Positions 10,844 to 25,894 are shown, counted from the first letter of the whole stretch. The stretch is DNA of 63,919 nucleotides, filler included, from Neoconidiobolus thromboides FSU 785 (GCA_025603075.1; 7 parts of 7 records of this genome joined end to end with filler, not necessarily neighbours in it); one strand, 5' to 3'. The notes: generated by a model from the letters alone, not told the origin. Made by a program: numbers and translations.

Positions 10844-11773
10844 ATGTCTGGTCAAGATCCTAATCAACAAGAACGTGGTTTGTTCTCCAATCTCTACAAT
10901 AAAGTAGCTGGTGTAAGTACTCAATCTACTACTTTTGATGGTAACTATGGTAACAATAACAATCAAAACCATAATAATAATAACCAAGGTTATCCTCAAC
11001 AAAATCAAAATAATTACAATAATAATAATCAAGGTTATCCACAACAAAATCAAAACAATCACAATAATAATAATCAAGGTTATCCACAACAAAATCAAAA
11101 TCAAGGTTATCCTCAAGGTCAAAACAATTATAATCAAAACCATGGACCATATAACCCCAGTGCTGGTGCTAACCCACCTGCCGGACAGCCCCAACCTCAA
11201 TTTCCAGGTACCTGTGTCCCACCACCAAGTCATCAAGGAGGTGGTAACTGTGTAAATTATAATAGTATTATTGCTTTAAAGCATAATAATACTGGTAGAT
11301 TTTTAAGCTCTACTAATCAAAACTATAATTCTGGTTCTAATCAACAACAAATTTATTGTAATCAATGGAATGTTAGTAATAATGAACGTTGGGAAGTATT
11401 ACCCTCATTTCAAGGTGGAGGTAACGGACCAGTTCAATATAATCAACGTATTAGATTAAGACATTGTGCTACTGGACGACAATTACATTCTCATGGTAAT
11501 ATTAATTCTCCTGTTTCTCAATATCAAGAAGTTAGTGGTTATGGTAATCAAAATCAATCAGATAATAATGATGATTGGATATTAGAAAAATTTTCTTATA
11601 ATGGGAATAAAGAAGGTGGTAATTGGAATGTCAATGATGCTTTTTGTTTAAAACATGCTAATACTGGTCTTTATCTCTTTTCTCATGACCGTAATTTTAA
11701 TAGTGGTACTGAAGTTGCTTGCTATGGTAATGGTAATGATGAAAATAACAAATGGCGTTTACAATTAGCTTAA
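10844..11773 (+). CDS. Intronless protein: N/Q-rich oligopeptide-repeat N-terminus plus MIR (beta-trefoil) domain
   Basis: 309-aa ORF; three MIR motifs (IALKHNNTGRFLSS; IRLRHCATGRQLHSH...QEVSGYG...DDW; FCLKHANTGLYLFSH...EVACYG...NKW); no signal peptide or TM segment. Confidence 0.85.
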   Translation: MSGQDPNQQERGLFSNLYNKVAGVSTQSTTFDGNYGNNNNQNHNNNNQGYPQQNQNNYNNNNQGYPQQNQNNHNNNNQGYPQQNQNQGYPQGQNNYNQNHGPYNPSAGANPPAGQPQPQFPGTCVPPPSHQGGGNCVNYNSIIALKHNNTGRFLSSTNQNYNSGSNQQQIYCNQWNVSNNERWEVLPSFQGGGNGPVQYNQRIRLRHCATGRQLHSHGNINSPVSQYQEVSGYGNQNQSDNNDDWILEKFSYNGNKEGGNWNVNDAFCLKHANTGLYLFSHDRNFNSGTEVACYGNGNDENNKWRLQLA

Positions 11774-12053
11774 TTTTACATTAATATTAATTGTTAACGT
11801 TATTTATATCAAGTATTATTTGTTTATCTTAAACTATTTTATTGAAATAAAGATAAATTTTTATATAAAAAAGATTATGTTATTTTTAATATATATATAT
11901 ATATATATTAATATTATTTATTTAGCAAGAATAAGAACAAGGCTAATTAAATTTGAAAGTACAAGTAATAAGTGAAACTAAACAACATCAACATTAAATG
12001 AAGTATAGTATTATAATAATTCTAATATTATATCATTATATTAATATTACAAT

Positions 12054-14689
<2,636 letters not shown>

Positions 14690-15212
14690 AATATTTTTGG
14701 TTTGAAATTTATAAAAGGAGTTAAGATATAAATTTTTTATTTTTTATGTTTTTAAAAAGTTGATTGTTTAAAAATAAGCTGTTTTATTGGCTGGAGTATT
14801 TTTTAAATTTATTAGAGTTAGAGTTGGAGAATGTGCTGATGTGGTTATAATAGTGAAGTAAGAAAAAAATAGAATTGATTGAATTAATCAAGAATAAATT
14901 TTTATGAATTAAATAAAGGGTCCATAATAAAATAACATAGTTTATAGTTAGTTGTATTAATATATTAATAATATTTGAGTATTGAATATCACAAGGTTAG
15001 TTTAATTTATTTATTGCTATTAAAATCACTACTGTTTTATTAAAACCATTATTAGTAACACTCATCAAATTTAATAAAAATAAGTATAAGAAATAATACT
15101 GACACAATAAGTTAAAGTCAATATTAAAATTGGTATCAAGCTTAAAGATAAGAACAAAAAAATCAGAAATCAAATTTCTACTATATAACTATACCTATTT
15201 CAAGAAATATTG

Positions 15213-15991
15213 TTAAAATTTAGTGATATATCCCAATCTATCACTTTTAAGTAACTCAAAAGCCTTGCATCTTATTACAACCTTAAAAATTTATAAATCT
15301 CACTACTTTCTACTATTTTATTCTTCCGCCCATTACCAATTTACAATACTCTTCATTTCAGTATTATCCACAATGCCTTTATCAAGGGCTTCTTTTCCAC
15401 TTATCCTTTTACCTTGTAAAATCAGATCTCTTAAATCCTTACTATTAGGAACTGAAGTCTTCAATATTGACATCATACCAGGAGATAAAGCACTAGGTAA
15501 ATCAATTTCTGGCATACATAAAAATCCACGATCTTGTCGCATCACTTTGTAGTCATGACATAAAGCTAACATCATACCACCTGCAAATGCATGACCATTA
15601 ATAGCTGCTACAGTTGCAAAAGGAAGATTGAGTACTCGTAAACATAATTGATGATAGTAATTCTCAAAGAAATCAGTAGTGCTTATTTTTCCTGACATTA
15701 TTAATTCAAAATCTAGACCATTAGAATAAATATGACCATTTCCTATGGTGACTAAGGCGGCACCAGTAAGTGACTTGGATGCTTTGATATCTTCTTGACG
15801 TATTGTTAAAAAATCTTGCTCAATTTCATCCATAGCTTGAATCAATACAGGAATTGTTGCTGGTGTCAATCGATTGTCTTTGTTTGTAAGCTTCATAACG
15901 TAAATATTTCCTTGTTTTTGTACTTCAGCAATAATAGTACCATCATTGAGTGAATAACCAACTTTAGTTTGGTTATTGTATTTTGATGTTA
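15213..15991 (-). pseudogene. Second enoyl-CoA isomerase copy: identical 5' part, decayed 3' tail
   Basis: Identical to 6104-6729 over 626 bp, then stop at 15333; remnant homology KIVESSEIYKFLRL and ELLKSDRLGYITKF* versus KVVGSKDIYKHLRL and KLLKNGGLGYIPNF*. Confidence 0.75.
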
Positions 15992-16091
15992 NNNNNNNNN
16001 NNNNNNNNNNNNNNNNNNNNNNNNNNNNNNNNNNNTTAATTAATTAANNNNNNNNNNNNNNNNNNNNNNNNNNNNNNNNNNNNNNNNNNNN
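15992..16091. other. Artificial contig linker
   Basis: N44-TTAATTAATTAA-N44. Confidence 0.98.
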
Positions 16092-16345
16092 TTCTTATAG
16101 CAAATCAAACTAAGAACCTGAGATTGATTGTCTCTAAACTTGAGAACACAATAGCTTAGGCGATTGTTATGCTATAATTAACCATGAGACTGACAAAGCG
16201 ATATTTCACACAATTAAAATAAGTTTTAAATAGAGAGATTTAACTTTAGGCCTTTTAGATTTAATCATCATATTAGACACAAATTTAAAATTTTAAAATT
16301 TGGATTAATTTCTAAGTAAATTCTGAAACCAATTAGGACAGCCCT
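16092..16345 (+). mobile_element. Repeat family B, internal part plus terminus
   Basis: Matches 968-1020, the reverse complement of 1034-1168, and 1-49; ends GGACAGCCCT followed by AAAT. Confidence 0.7.
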
Positions 16346-16529
16346 AAATAGTTTATTTATTTGATAATAAGTATTTCTCAATTAAGCTTTATAAGGATAT
16401 GTATTTAAGATCTAGTAGAAGTTCAACTAACTTACAGTATAAACTATAATATAATGATTTAGAACTGTGTCTGGGTACTTTGTTTCAATAAAAGATATGA
16501 TTTTATAAAATTTTAAGCGAAGTTTTTAA

Positions 16530-16584
16530 AATACAAATTTTTTCAAAAATTAGATAAAATAATGAAACTAATTCAGACAACCCC
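16530..16584 (+). mobile_element. Diverged family-B-like terminus (GAAACTAATTCAGACAACCCC followed by ATAT)
   Basis: Similar to GAAACCAATTAGGACAGCCCC; left boundary uncertain. Confidence 0.45.
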
Positions 16585-16602
16585 ATATAATATATAATAT
16601 AT

Positions 16603-16702
16603 GGGGATGTATTTTTGTGTTTGAGAATTTTACTCACAACTTTTTCGCTTAAATAGCGCTTAAAAAATGGAAAAAATAATGAAATCAAAAAAAAACACTC
16701 TC
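16603..16702 (+). mobile_element. MITE family A, copy 10
   Basis: Consensus match; flanks ATAT/ATAT. Confidence 0.85.
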
Positions 16703-17037
16703 ATATAATTATAATTATTTGACTTTTTTTATTAAAATAAAAACAAAATGCAAGCTTTTATAACTAAATTTCGAAATGGTATTTTTGAAAATGTTGATAT
16801 AGTACGGAGAAGCACATTACATAAACATTGTAATTCATTTACATCAATTTTAACAGCTGTTTACAATAACCTAAGTTTATGGAATCTCATAGCAAAACAA
16901 AAAAGAAAGATATATTATCAAATTTTACTATCAATAATAAAAAATCTAATCAAGCAATGTATAAAATTAGTGTTTTAAGGGAAATAAGAAGCAAAAACCA
17001 ACAAGTAGCATTATTATCAACTATAAATTCAGTATAT

Positions 17038-17134
17038 GGGGTATTTTTTTTATCTTCATTACTTTTTATATCTTTAAACGCTATTTGAGTGGAAAAATTG
17101 TGAGTAAAATTCTTAAACACAAAAATATATCCCT
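17038..17134 (-). mobile_element. MITE family A, copy 11
   Basis: Consensus match; flanks ATAT/ATAT. Confidence 0.8.
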
Positions 17135-17332
17135 ATATTCTTTTGGTGAATATAAAAGTTTTGGGTTTAATATAAGTAGAAAGCAATACAATTATTTAAA
17201 AATAAGTAATAATGATAATAAAATGTTACCATTACAGCCTATTATTAAAAATACAAAGAAAATTAATAAGCAAATTGAAACTATTATACAGTATTTACTA
17301 AATGATTCAACTATTTCATCGAGATCTAACAA

Positions 17333-17432
17333 NNNNNNNNNNNNNNNNNNNNNNNNNNNNNNNNNNNNNNNNNNNNTTAATTAATTAANNNNNNNNNNNN
17401 NNNNNNNNNNNNNNNNNNNNNNNNNNNNNNNN
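17333..17432. other. Artificial contig linker
   Basis: N44-TTAATTAATTAA-N44. Confidence 0.98.
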
Positions 17433-17727
17433 TTTTCAGAGTATAAAAGAGTTTACAGAGTATAATAGTTCGAGGCTTTTTAACTGAATTAATCCCTGAT
17501 ATCTCGAACATTTAATAAAGCCACTAAGTTTTCTTAATATTATTTTACATAGATTTTACATTAGTATTGTCTATTCTATTTGTCTTATATAGCTTGTAAC
17601 CTATTACGTGCTATTCCTCATAATTCAAGTCTATCTTAGTCACATAAACTAAGACCTTTCGACTTATAGTGTAGTCAACCCAGCAATAGCTGTTCTTGAC
17701 TCCAAACCCTGAGTACCAGATTTCACA
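17433..17727 (-). mobile_element. Internal segment of repeat family B
   Basis: Reverse complement matches 8664-8880 and 714-915. Confidence 0.65.
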
Positions 17728-18238
17728 CAATGTTAGTAACACTTCAAATTTGAAAAAAAGATTTCCAGGACGTCAAGATGCTAACCTTTTTGATGATAAG
17801 AAAATTAAGGTAAGTTTAAATAACTATATATTATTAATTGTTTAATTAATTTTCTATTTAGATTAAAATTGATCAAGACCAAAGTAATATCAATACTAAA
17901 AAGTATTTAGAAAACTATCTATTATCAATTTTTCAAAGTTGTAGTAATGAAAATAACAATGAGCTTACACAGATTAAAAAAGAGGAATCTAAACCCTTTG
18001 CTATTAATCAACTAATGGAAAAAAGACCACTTGTAGAAAATAATAATGGGGATGTTTTTTTGGCTTCATTACTTTTTCCATCTTTTAAGCGTTATTTGAG
18101 CAGAAAAATTGTTAGTAAAATTCTTAAATACAAAAATACATCCCCAATGTTGATGATTTTTTAAGTTCAAAAAGAGATTTTCTAGAATGTGAAGATACAA
18201 ATTTATTTGATTATATGAAATTTAAATCAAAAAGATAA
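17728..18238 (+). pseudogene. Gene relic with one intron, interrupted by a MITE
   Basis: Exon ...KKRFPGRQDANLFDDKKIK, GT-AG intron 17810-17861, exon IKIDQD...RPLVENNN, then MITE, then NVDDFLSSKRDFLECED...KSKR*; removing the MITE restores the frame. Confidence 0.55.
18048..18145 (-). mobile_element. MITE family A, copy 12 (inside an exon)
   Basis: Consensus match; flanks AAT/AAT. Confidence 0.85.
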
Positions 18239-18868
18239 TCAATAATAATTATAATTACAGACACATCCAAGCTAAAGATAGACAGTAACTTAGGATTTCT
18301 ATATTTTTGATTATAAACTTTTAACAAAATATCCTTACTATCTATCATTAATAATATTAGGTCAACGCTTACTACTACAAGTAATTAGATGAATTTTGAC
18401 TTTATTTTATAGCTTTTTCTAATATTAATTTACCTTTGAATCCATTCTGTTTTAATTTCAAAGCCCAAACAATATGTTAGTATTACACTTAAATTATTGC
18501 TTGGTTATGATAAATAACTCGTTAACATTATTGTTATTCTAATCTATCGTATTAATCTGTTGAACTCCAATTTTTTATTCCTTACCTAAGTTAATCGGAT
18601 AACCTATTGCCTTATGTTTTTATTCTTCATTCTATTTTATTCTATCTAACGTTATATAAGTTAAATAAATGTATTAGTTTAATTTTTATTATAATAAAGT
18701 AATGTTTATTATCGCTATTTCAACTTTTTAAAAGTTTAACTATTCAATTTCTTTTAATCATTGAAAACAATAATATTTTTAATTCTAGATAAAAAGATGT
18801 TAATATATTTGAAGTTTAATAAATCTAGTCTTATTATAGTCCTAATTAAAAGGATAGTTTTAATATAT

Positions 18869-18967
18869 GAGGATGTATTTTTATGTTTAAGAATTTTGCT
18901 AACAATTTTTCCGCTCAAATAGGGCTTAAAAAATGGAAAAAGCAATGAAACTAAAAAAATCATCCCC
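18869..18967 (+). mobile_element. MITE family A, copy 13
   Basis: Consensus match; flanks ATAT/ATAT. Confidence 0.85.
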
Positions 18968-19219
18968 ATATCTTTGTTAAAACTTAAGTAAGCAAATTAA
19001 TTTTACGTTTTAGCCATATTTAGTCTCTATTGAAATAAATTAGCTTAATATTAAGAAGCTTTAAGTACTATTATTTCAAAATTATTTCAACTATTTATTT
19101 ATAGTTTGTTATAATAAAAAAGGCACCCATTACTAGAAAACAATTATAATACAATGAGACTTCCATCTATTAGCGTTTCCAAGAATTTAAATGTTCTTAT
19201 AAACCCGAATCCAACATTT

Positions 19220-19308
19220 GGGGATGTAATTTTAAGGATTTTACTAGTAACTTTTCCACTTAAATAGCGCTTTAATGGAAAAAGTGAGGAAACCAAAAAA
19301 AACACCCC
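19220..19308 (+). mobile_element. MITE family A, copy 14 (small deletions)
   Basis: GGGGATGT...AAAAACACCCC; flanks TTT/TTT. Confidence 0.75.
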
Positions 19309-19968
19309 TTTCCTAATATCTTCCACTCGAAATAAGCAACTTCGCCATCCAATTGAAGCCAATAACTATCCTAATCCTACCCTTATAGAATTATGTTCAG
19401 CACTAAAATTAAACTGAGATTGAAATTCAATGGTGGTGTTATAGTGGTAGTTGGTAACAATTTGCTTTATAAAATTATATTAAATGATTTAAGATATTTA
19501 AAGCGAATAAGTATGCTTTAACAATGAATAAAAGCAAGTAAGCTATTTTTAATAGCGGATAAAATGGAGAAATTGAATAATTGAATTGGACTAAGTTGCC
19601 AAGTTAACAAGGGTTTTAGTTTGAGTATTAAGTGAGATAAAAATAAGACTTTGCTATAATTAACTTCAAAGTTTTATAAGTTATTATTATCAAACTATTT
19701 TTATGCCTTTCAACTTCTCATTAATTAATTTTAATGGTTTAATAATTGTGATTGTTAATGATTTCACCATTTAGAATCATTTAAGACTAAAAATAAAACT
19801 AGGATATTTAAATTTAGGCTTGAATTTTATTTTTAAAGAATTTTTATTTTATCATTAACCTTTATTCATACCAATCATATCCGAATAATAAGAAATACAA
19901 ATATTAATTTTATAAAATAAAACTTTGAATATATTTTTCTAATTCTACTATCTTTATTCACGTAAAAA

Positions 19969-21188
19969 ATGAAATTGAATTATTTAAATCTTTCCATTTG
20001 TATATTACTCAATTGTATATCAAGTATGGGTCTATAATTCAACATCAATCGAAATTCTTATTAACACTATTGTCTCTAGACTCCCAAAGTTTCCAACTTG
20101 AGAATAACAATAATCCTATAGGTAGTTCACAATAACAACCCTACATTCCAACTAAACTAATTTCATTTATCAGCGATTTCGAATCCCAACTTAGTTCCTA
20201 AATTAGTTTATTACCGTCGAGCCGATACTGAAGCTGAGGTAATTATTCCAACTTCAAGCTCCGACAGTAGTAGTATTGAGACTTCAACTCTAAAGACTAA
20301 TAAAGTTGAATCATCTGTTTCTACAAGTGAAAGTGATATTTTAACTTCTACTAGTTTAGTTGCAACGAGTAAACAAACTACTACTGTTTTGGAATCTTCA
20401 ACTTCATTATCAAATACTGATACTACTACTAAGGAGTCCATATCTTCAGTTTCCAAAACAGTTACTTCTGTTTCAGAATCTCAAAGTCAATCAGAAAGCA
20501 AAAGTAACTTTAAATATTATATTTCAAAAAAAATCTCATACTAATTCAAATTAACAGCCACTACTACTGAGCCCAAATCCAGTTCCTTACAAACAAGTGA
20601 GTTAACTACTAGTCAAACTACTTCAAGTTTAACTAAATCTGATTCTGTTACTTCAGAAACCCCATCCACCACTAAAGAAACCCCATCCACCACTAAAGAA
20701 ACTCCATCCACCACTAAAGAAACTCCATCAACTTCCAGTACTAAAGAACCAGAGACTAAGACTACTACTAAAAGTGAATCTACTCCATCTACTTCGACTA
20801 CTAAAAGTGAACCTACTGATTCTACTACTACCAGTAAATCAGAACCAACTTCATCTACTGATAAACAAACCAGTACTGATAGCTCAGGTAAATAAGACTT
20901 TTTATGTAACTCAAAATGTAATAACTAATCTCATTTCTTTTTTATTTAGTGCTCAAAACCACTTCAAGTAGTAAACCAAAACCAAGTTCAGATGAAGAAT
21001 ATGAAGTTACATCGACTCAAGTAGAAGTAGTTACTATTTCGGGATCGAGAACAACTACGACTTACGTTTTTACTTCAAAAGTTAAAGCTAAATCTCAGGC
21101 TAATAATCAACCAGATTCTAGTGCTAATATGATAGCATTAGGTTCAACTACAGCTGTGATCTTTTTGTGTACCTTATTTTTAAATTGA
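19969..21188 (+). CDS. Ser/Thr-rich secreted, probably GPI-anchored cell-surface protein (4 introns inferred)
   Basis: Signal peptide MKLNYLNLSICILLNCIS; long S/T/E/K-rich exons; hydrophobic C-terminus SSANMIALGSTTAVIFLCTLFLN*. Confidence 0.7.
20656..20730 (+). repeat. Coding minisatellite, 21 bp x ~3.5 (ETPSTTK)
   Basis: GAAACCCCATCCACCACTAAA repeated. Confidence 0.85.
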
Positions 21189-21342
21189 TTAAAATAAAAA
21201 GTTTTTATATTGTATTAACTGATATATTGTTTTTGAGTTTCATTGTTTTATATAAGAATCTATTTTTTGGTTGAAATTATTTTGTTCATTTTAAGGGTTA
21301 CTAGGGGGGATTTAATAGCTGAATTATAAAAAAACATTATAT

Positions 21343-21439
21343 GGGGATGTTTTTCTTGATTTCATTACTTTTCTATCTTTTAAGCGTTATTTGGATGGAA
21401 AGATTGTTAGCAAATTCTTAAACATAAAAATACATCCCC
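21343..21439 (-). mobile_element. MITE family A, copy 15
   Basis: Consensus match; flanks ATAT/ATAT. Confidence 0.85.
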
Positions 21440-21668
21440 ATATTATTGAATTTAATGATAATATTGGATCTTTGATATTGATATTTTTGATATTTGATTT
21501 TCTATAAGAACCAATAAAGTCAATGCTAAAACTCAAGTTAACCAATGATTTGAATGCTTTACAAACGCGCTCCTCATGAGGGATAAAAAATAAAGTAAAA
21601 TCAAAAAGTGATTTTAGAATTTATTAGCTTTTAATTGAATTAGTAAAAAAATTGGTTAAAGATTGATA

Positions 21669-23436
21669 ATGGATTCATCGCCTGAAGTAATTAACTGACA
21701 TAACTGTATGAATCAACTCATTGCTAATAACTCTTAATAGACAACCAAAAGAAGTTATTCCTTTGATGGAGAAGAAGGAGATAAGATAGAAAATAAAGTT
21801 ATTAGAAATGAGTAAGTTAAAATAAAAGATATTATAATAAATTAAAAACAATAAATAAATATTATTTAGTTTAATTCATTCATTAGATTATGAAACTTTG
21901 AATAAATTATATTATTTACATTTATTTCCTTATCATCATATTTATCGATGGTTAAATTATGGGATGAAAGGTAAAGTTTATGAAATTCCAATTTAAAATT
22001 CATAAAATATTAATAATATACATATATATTTATTAGAAACTAAAAATTTTATAAACCGAGAATTTTCATTTACATTAGAAAATGATATTTATTTAAGATA
22101 TCAATCTTTTGATAATGAAATTCAATTTAAAGATAGAATATTACGTACTTTACCAAAAAAAATGGATATTGGTGCAGTTTATTCTATTAAAGTAAGTGTA
22201 TTGAATTGTTTTCATTTAATGTATTTAATATGTATACATTTAATTTATTTTTATTTAATTTATTTTTATTTAATTTATTTTTATTTAGCCTTCCGATAAA
22301 AAAATGATCAATAGTAATAATTTTATTCCATTGGAAAAAGAATTAGTATTTGATATTGATTTAACGGATTATGATCAAGTTAGAACTTGTTGTAGGTAAA
22401 AATATATAATAATAAATATAATAATAAATTTATTAAATATTATTATTATAGTGGTGCTGATATTTGTTTAAAATGTTGGAAATTTATAACATTAGCAGTA
22501 AAGGTATTGCATCAAATATTAACTGGTAAGTTAAATTCATTCATTATAATAATTATTTATATGTTTATTAATATAAATAATTTAATAATAAATAGAGGAT
22601 TTTGGATTTGAGCATATATTATGGGTATATAGTGGTAGAAGAGGAGTTCATGGATGGGTATGTGATAATAGAGCTAGGAAATTAAATAATGAAAGTAGAA
22701 AAGCAATTATGAATTATATTGACATTCATCGTAATAACAATAATAGTGAAAGGAAAGTTAATTTAGGATTAAATTTATATCCTAGATTTGAAACAATGAA
22801 AGAATATATTGAATATCAATTTCAAGATATTATAATTCAAGAACAACAATTATTTAGTAATCGAAAAAGAGAATTAATAGCCAAATGTTTACCTGAAGAA
22901 AACTTATATTTAGATTTATTAGATGAATGGAATAAAAATAATAGTAATAATAGTCAACAAAATTGGTATTTATTGGAAAAATTTATTGAAAATAAATTAA
23001 AATTATATAAAAATAAAAAAATAAACAATAGTTTGTTATCTACTTTATTAAGAGATATTAAATTTCAATCGGTTTATCCTAGATTAGATACTAATGTTAC
23101 TATTAATATTAATCATTTATTAAAAGCTCCTTTCTGTATTCATCCTAGTACTAGTAAGTTTTATTATTATATATTATTTGTTTTAATTTGTTTTAAATAG
23201 GAAGAATATGTGTACCCATAGCAATTGAAGATATTGATCATTTTAATCCATTAGATGTACCAACGGATAGTCAATTGATTAATGAAATGAATAATTATTC
23301 AGGTGAACATGTTAAAAATGAAGTATTTAAAACTAGTTTATTTAAATATGTTAAACTATTTAATCATTTTATCGATAATACTGTTAGATCACAATCAGAG
23401 CAAGCAAAGAATTTAGATAAAGATTTGGAATTTTAA
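21669..23436 (+). CDS. PRI1: DNA primase small (catalytic) subunit, multi-exon
   Basis: [84 protein letters not shown]. Confidence 0.97.
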
Positions 23437-23580
23437 ATATAATAAAATTATAAATATAATAAAATTATGAATATATAAACGTATAAATACAGAAATATAA
23501 TTTTTATTTGATTGGTTGATACTTTTTTGAATTTAATTTGGGTTAAAAAATAATGATGATGATTTTTTAAATTAATTGAA

Positions 23581-25164
23581 ATGGAAAATAATTTAAAATA
23601 TTATTTTAAAAAATTAGCTTTATTAGATGGAGAAAATGCTAGTAAAATATTATCTAAAGAGACGCAAGTAAGTAATAATAATAACAACAATAACAGATAA
23701 TCAATTTTATAATTTTTATTTATTATAGAATACCAAAATTAATAATATATTAAATAAATTAATTCAAGGAGAAGAAATGTATCATAATTTAGAATATTTA
23801 AAAACTAAAAGATTTAGAAGAGAAGATGTGAGTTAACTATTAACTATTCTATAAATACATAATAATAATAAATTAATTGATATTATTATAGTATCTATTA
23901 ACTTTCTATAGTAATATAGTGGATGAGATTAATTCTATAGAAAATTTTTATATAGCAAGAGCAAAAGATACGCCGTCTTTAGTATCTTCTTACTTAAATA
24001 AAAAATCGGAATTTCAGGATTTATTTAATTCAATTAAAGAAGTTATTAAATTAAGGAAATATTTAATTAAAGGGTAAATGAGATTGAATTATTATTAAGA
24101 AAGTAAGAGTTATTGATAATTATTCTTTTGTTTAGATACAAACTATTAGTAAACAATACCGAGTTTGTTCCATTTTTAACTTGGCTGGATCTCATTGAAG
24201 AAGCTTTTTTTCATTTTGAATATTATCATTTTTCAAAAGTTATGGAACAATTTGTATTAGTTATAAAGTAAGTGTTAGTTATATATAACATACTAATATG
24301 TATTAATTGATAATATTTTAATAGATATGAATTATTAATATTGAAATATTTAATTCATTCTCAATTAAGTATAGCTAAATTAGATTTCAAAAAATCAATA
24401 TTAAATTTTTACAAAACTCATCAATATTATATATTATGGAAGACGTTTTTAAAAGACAATTTAAAGGAAGATGTAAGTTTAGTATTATTATGCTAATATG
24501 ATTTAATAATTCGGTAATTTAATAATATTTCATTTTATTCTATTTAGGAGATTAATGATAAAGATAATAATAACAAAAATGATACAACTACGAATAACAA
24601 TAATGATAATAATAATTCTAGTTTAAATATCAATATGTTTTCATTTATAACATCAATAGCAGAGGTAAATTTAATATAATTGAATATAAATTTAATATAG
24701 AGTTAGTATAGATTTAATATATTAAAATCATTATTTTAGTTATCCTTTAGTAATGGAAACAAACAACAAAGTAAATTAAAAATAAGTAAATTAATGCATT
24801 GGCTAGAATTATTTTATGATCATTTGTTAGCTAAATTAACTTTATATTTTCATTATCCATTACTGGATATGGAATTAAAATTAAATAATGGTAACGGTAA
24901 ATCTTTATGGAAGAATGTATTAGCTATAGATTATCCCTTAATGTAAGTAATATAATAATTGTTCAATAATTTTAATTATTTTTATTTTATTTATTTAGGT
25001 TTAAAAACTTTATTAAAAAAAGCGGAGCTTATCATATAAGTTTAATATATCAAACAGATAAAGAACAACGATATAGTAAAAAAGGATTTATATGTGAAAA
25101 CATGGCATATGAACCATTAATTGGTTTAGAATCTTTCCCATTCTTATTTAGTTATCCAAATGTA

Positions 25165-25196
<32 letters not shown>

Positions 25197-25894
25197 TAAC
25201 ATTTTTATCCATTTATTTTTAGGATTTACCTAAAGAATATCGACCAGCATTAATCTCTATGATTATGAGTAATGATCAAAATCAATATAAAATACAAACT
25301 CATAATGATTTAACTAGTCCAATAAGTAATTCTTCTTCCACTATATTTACAAACGATAATAATCATACTATAATACACAATTCAACTATTAGCCAATCAA
25401 ATAGTAATTATAATACATTAAATTTACCTGGTAGCAATGTATTAAGTAATTTAATGAAAACATCAGGATTAGGATTTAATTTAAGTTCAACAACAAGTCA
25501 ACAAACATCAACAGTAACCTCACCAGAATATCAACAAAATACAATAACACTTAATAACTCTAGTACTCTACTTACCACAAGTTCAAGATCTATTTGTATT
25601 AAGCAAGAAGATTATTTATTAGAACCCATTCATTTTTATGATCGTATAATGAATAGTACTTTTTATTTAACCAAAATTGATACTAAAGTCACACTTGCAG
25701 TTATATTTCAAGAAAAACATATTAAAAAAGATTTAAAGGTTTGGAATTTTTTATTAAATTTGAGCCATAGATTAAGATGTTCTTATGCTACAAGTTGCTT
25801 ATTAAATATGGAATTTAAAAATAGTACAAGTAATACACTACCTAAGAGTACAAGTAGTACTTCTAAAGGTGGTACAGGAGGTAGTTATTTTTAA
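23581..25894 (+). CDS. KICS2: KICSTOR subunit 2 homolog (C12orf66/UPF0536), multi-exon
   Basis: Exons give HWLELFYDHLLAKLTLYFH, FIKKSGAYHISLIY, EPLIGLESFPFLFSYP, and IHFYDRIMNSTFYLTKIDTKVTLAVIFQEKHIKKD...FLLNLSHRL. These match, in order, the blocks I recall from human C12orf66. Confidence 0.75.

Noticed and set aside
10808-11255. Long hydrophobic ORFs (IIIIVIILILL...) overlapping the MIR gene
   Set aside because: Alternate-frame and antisense shadows of the AAT/CAA-rich N/Q repeats.
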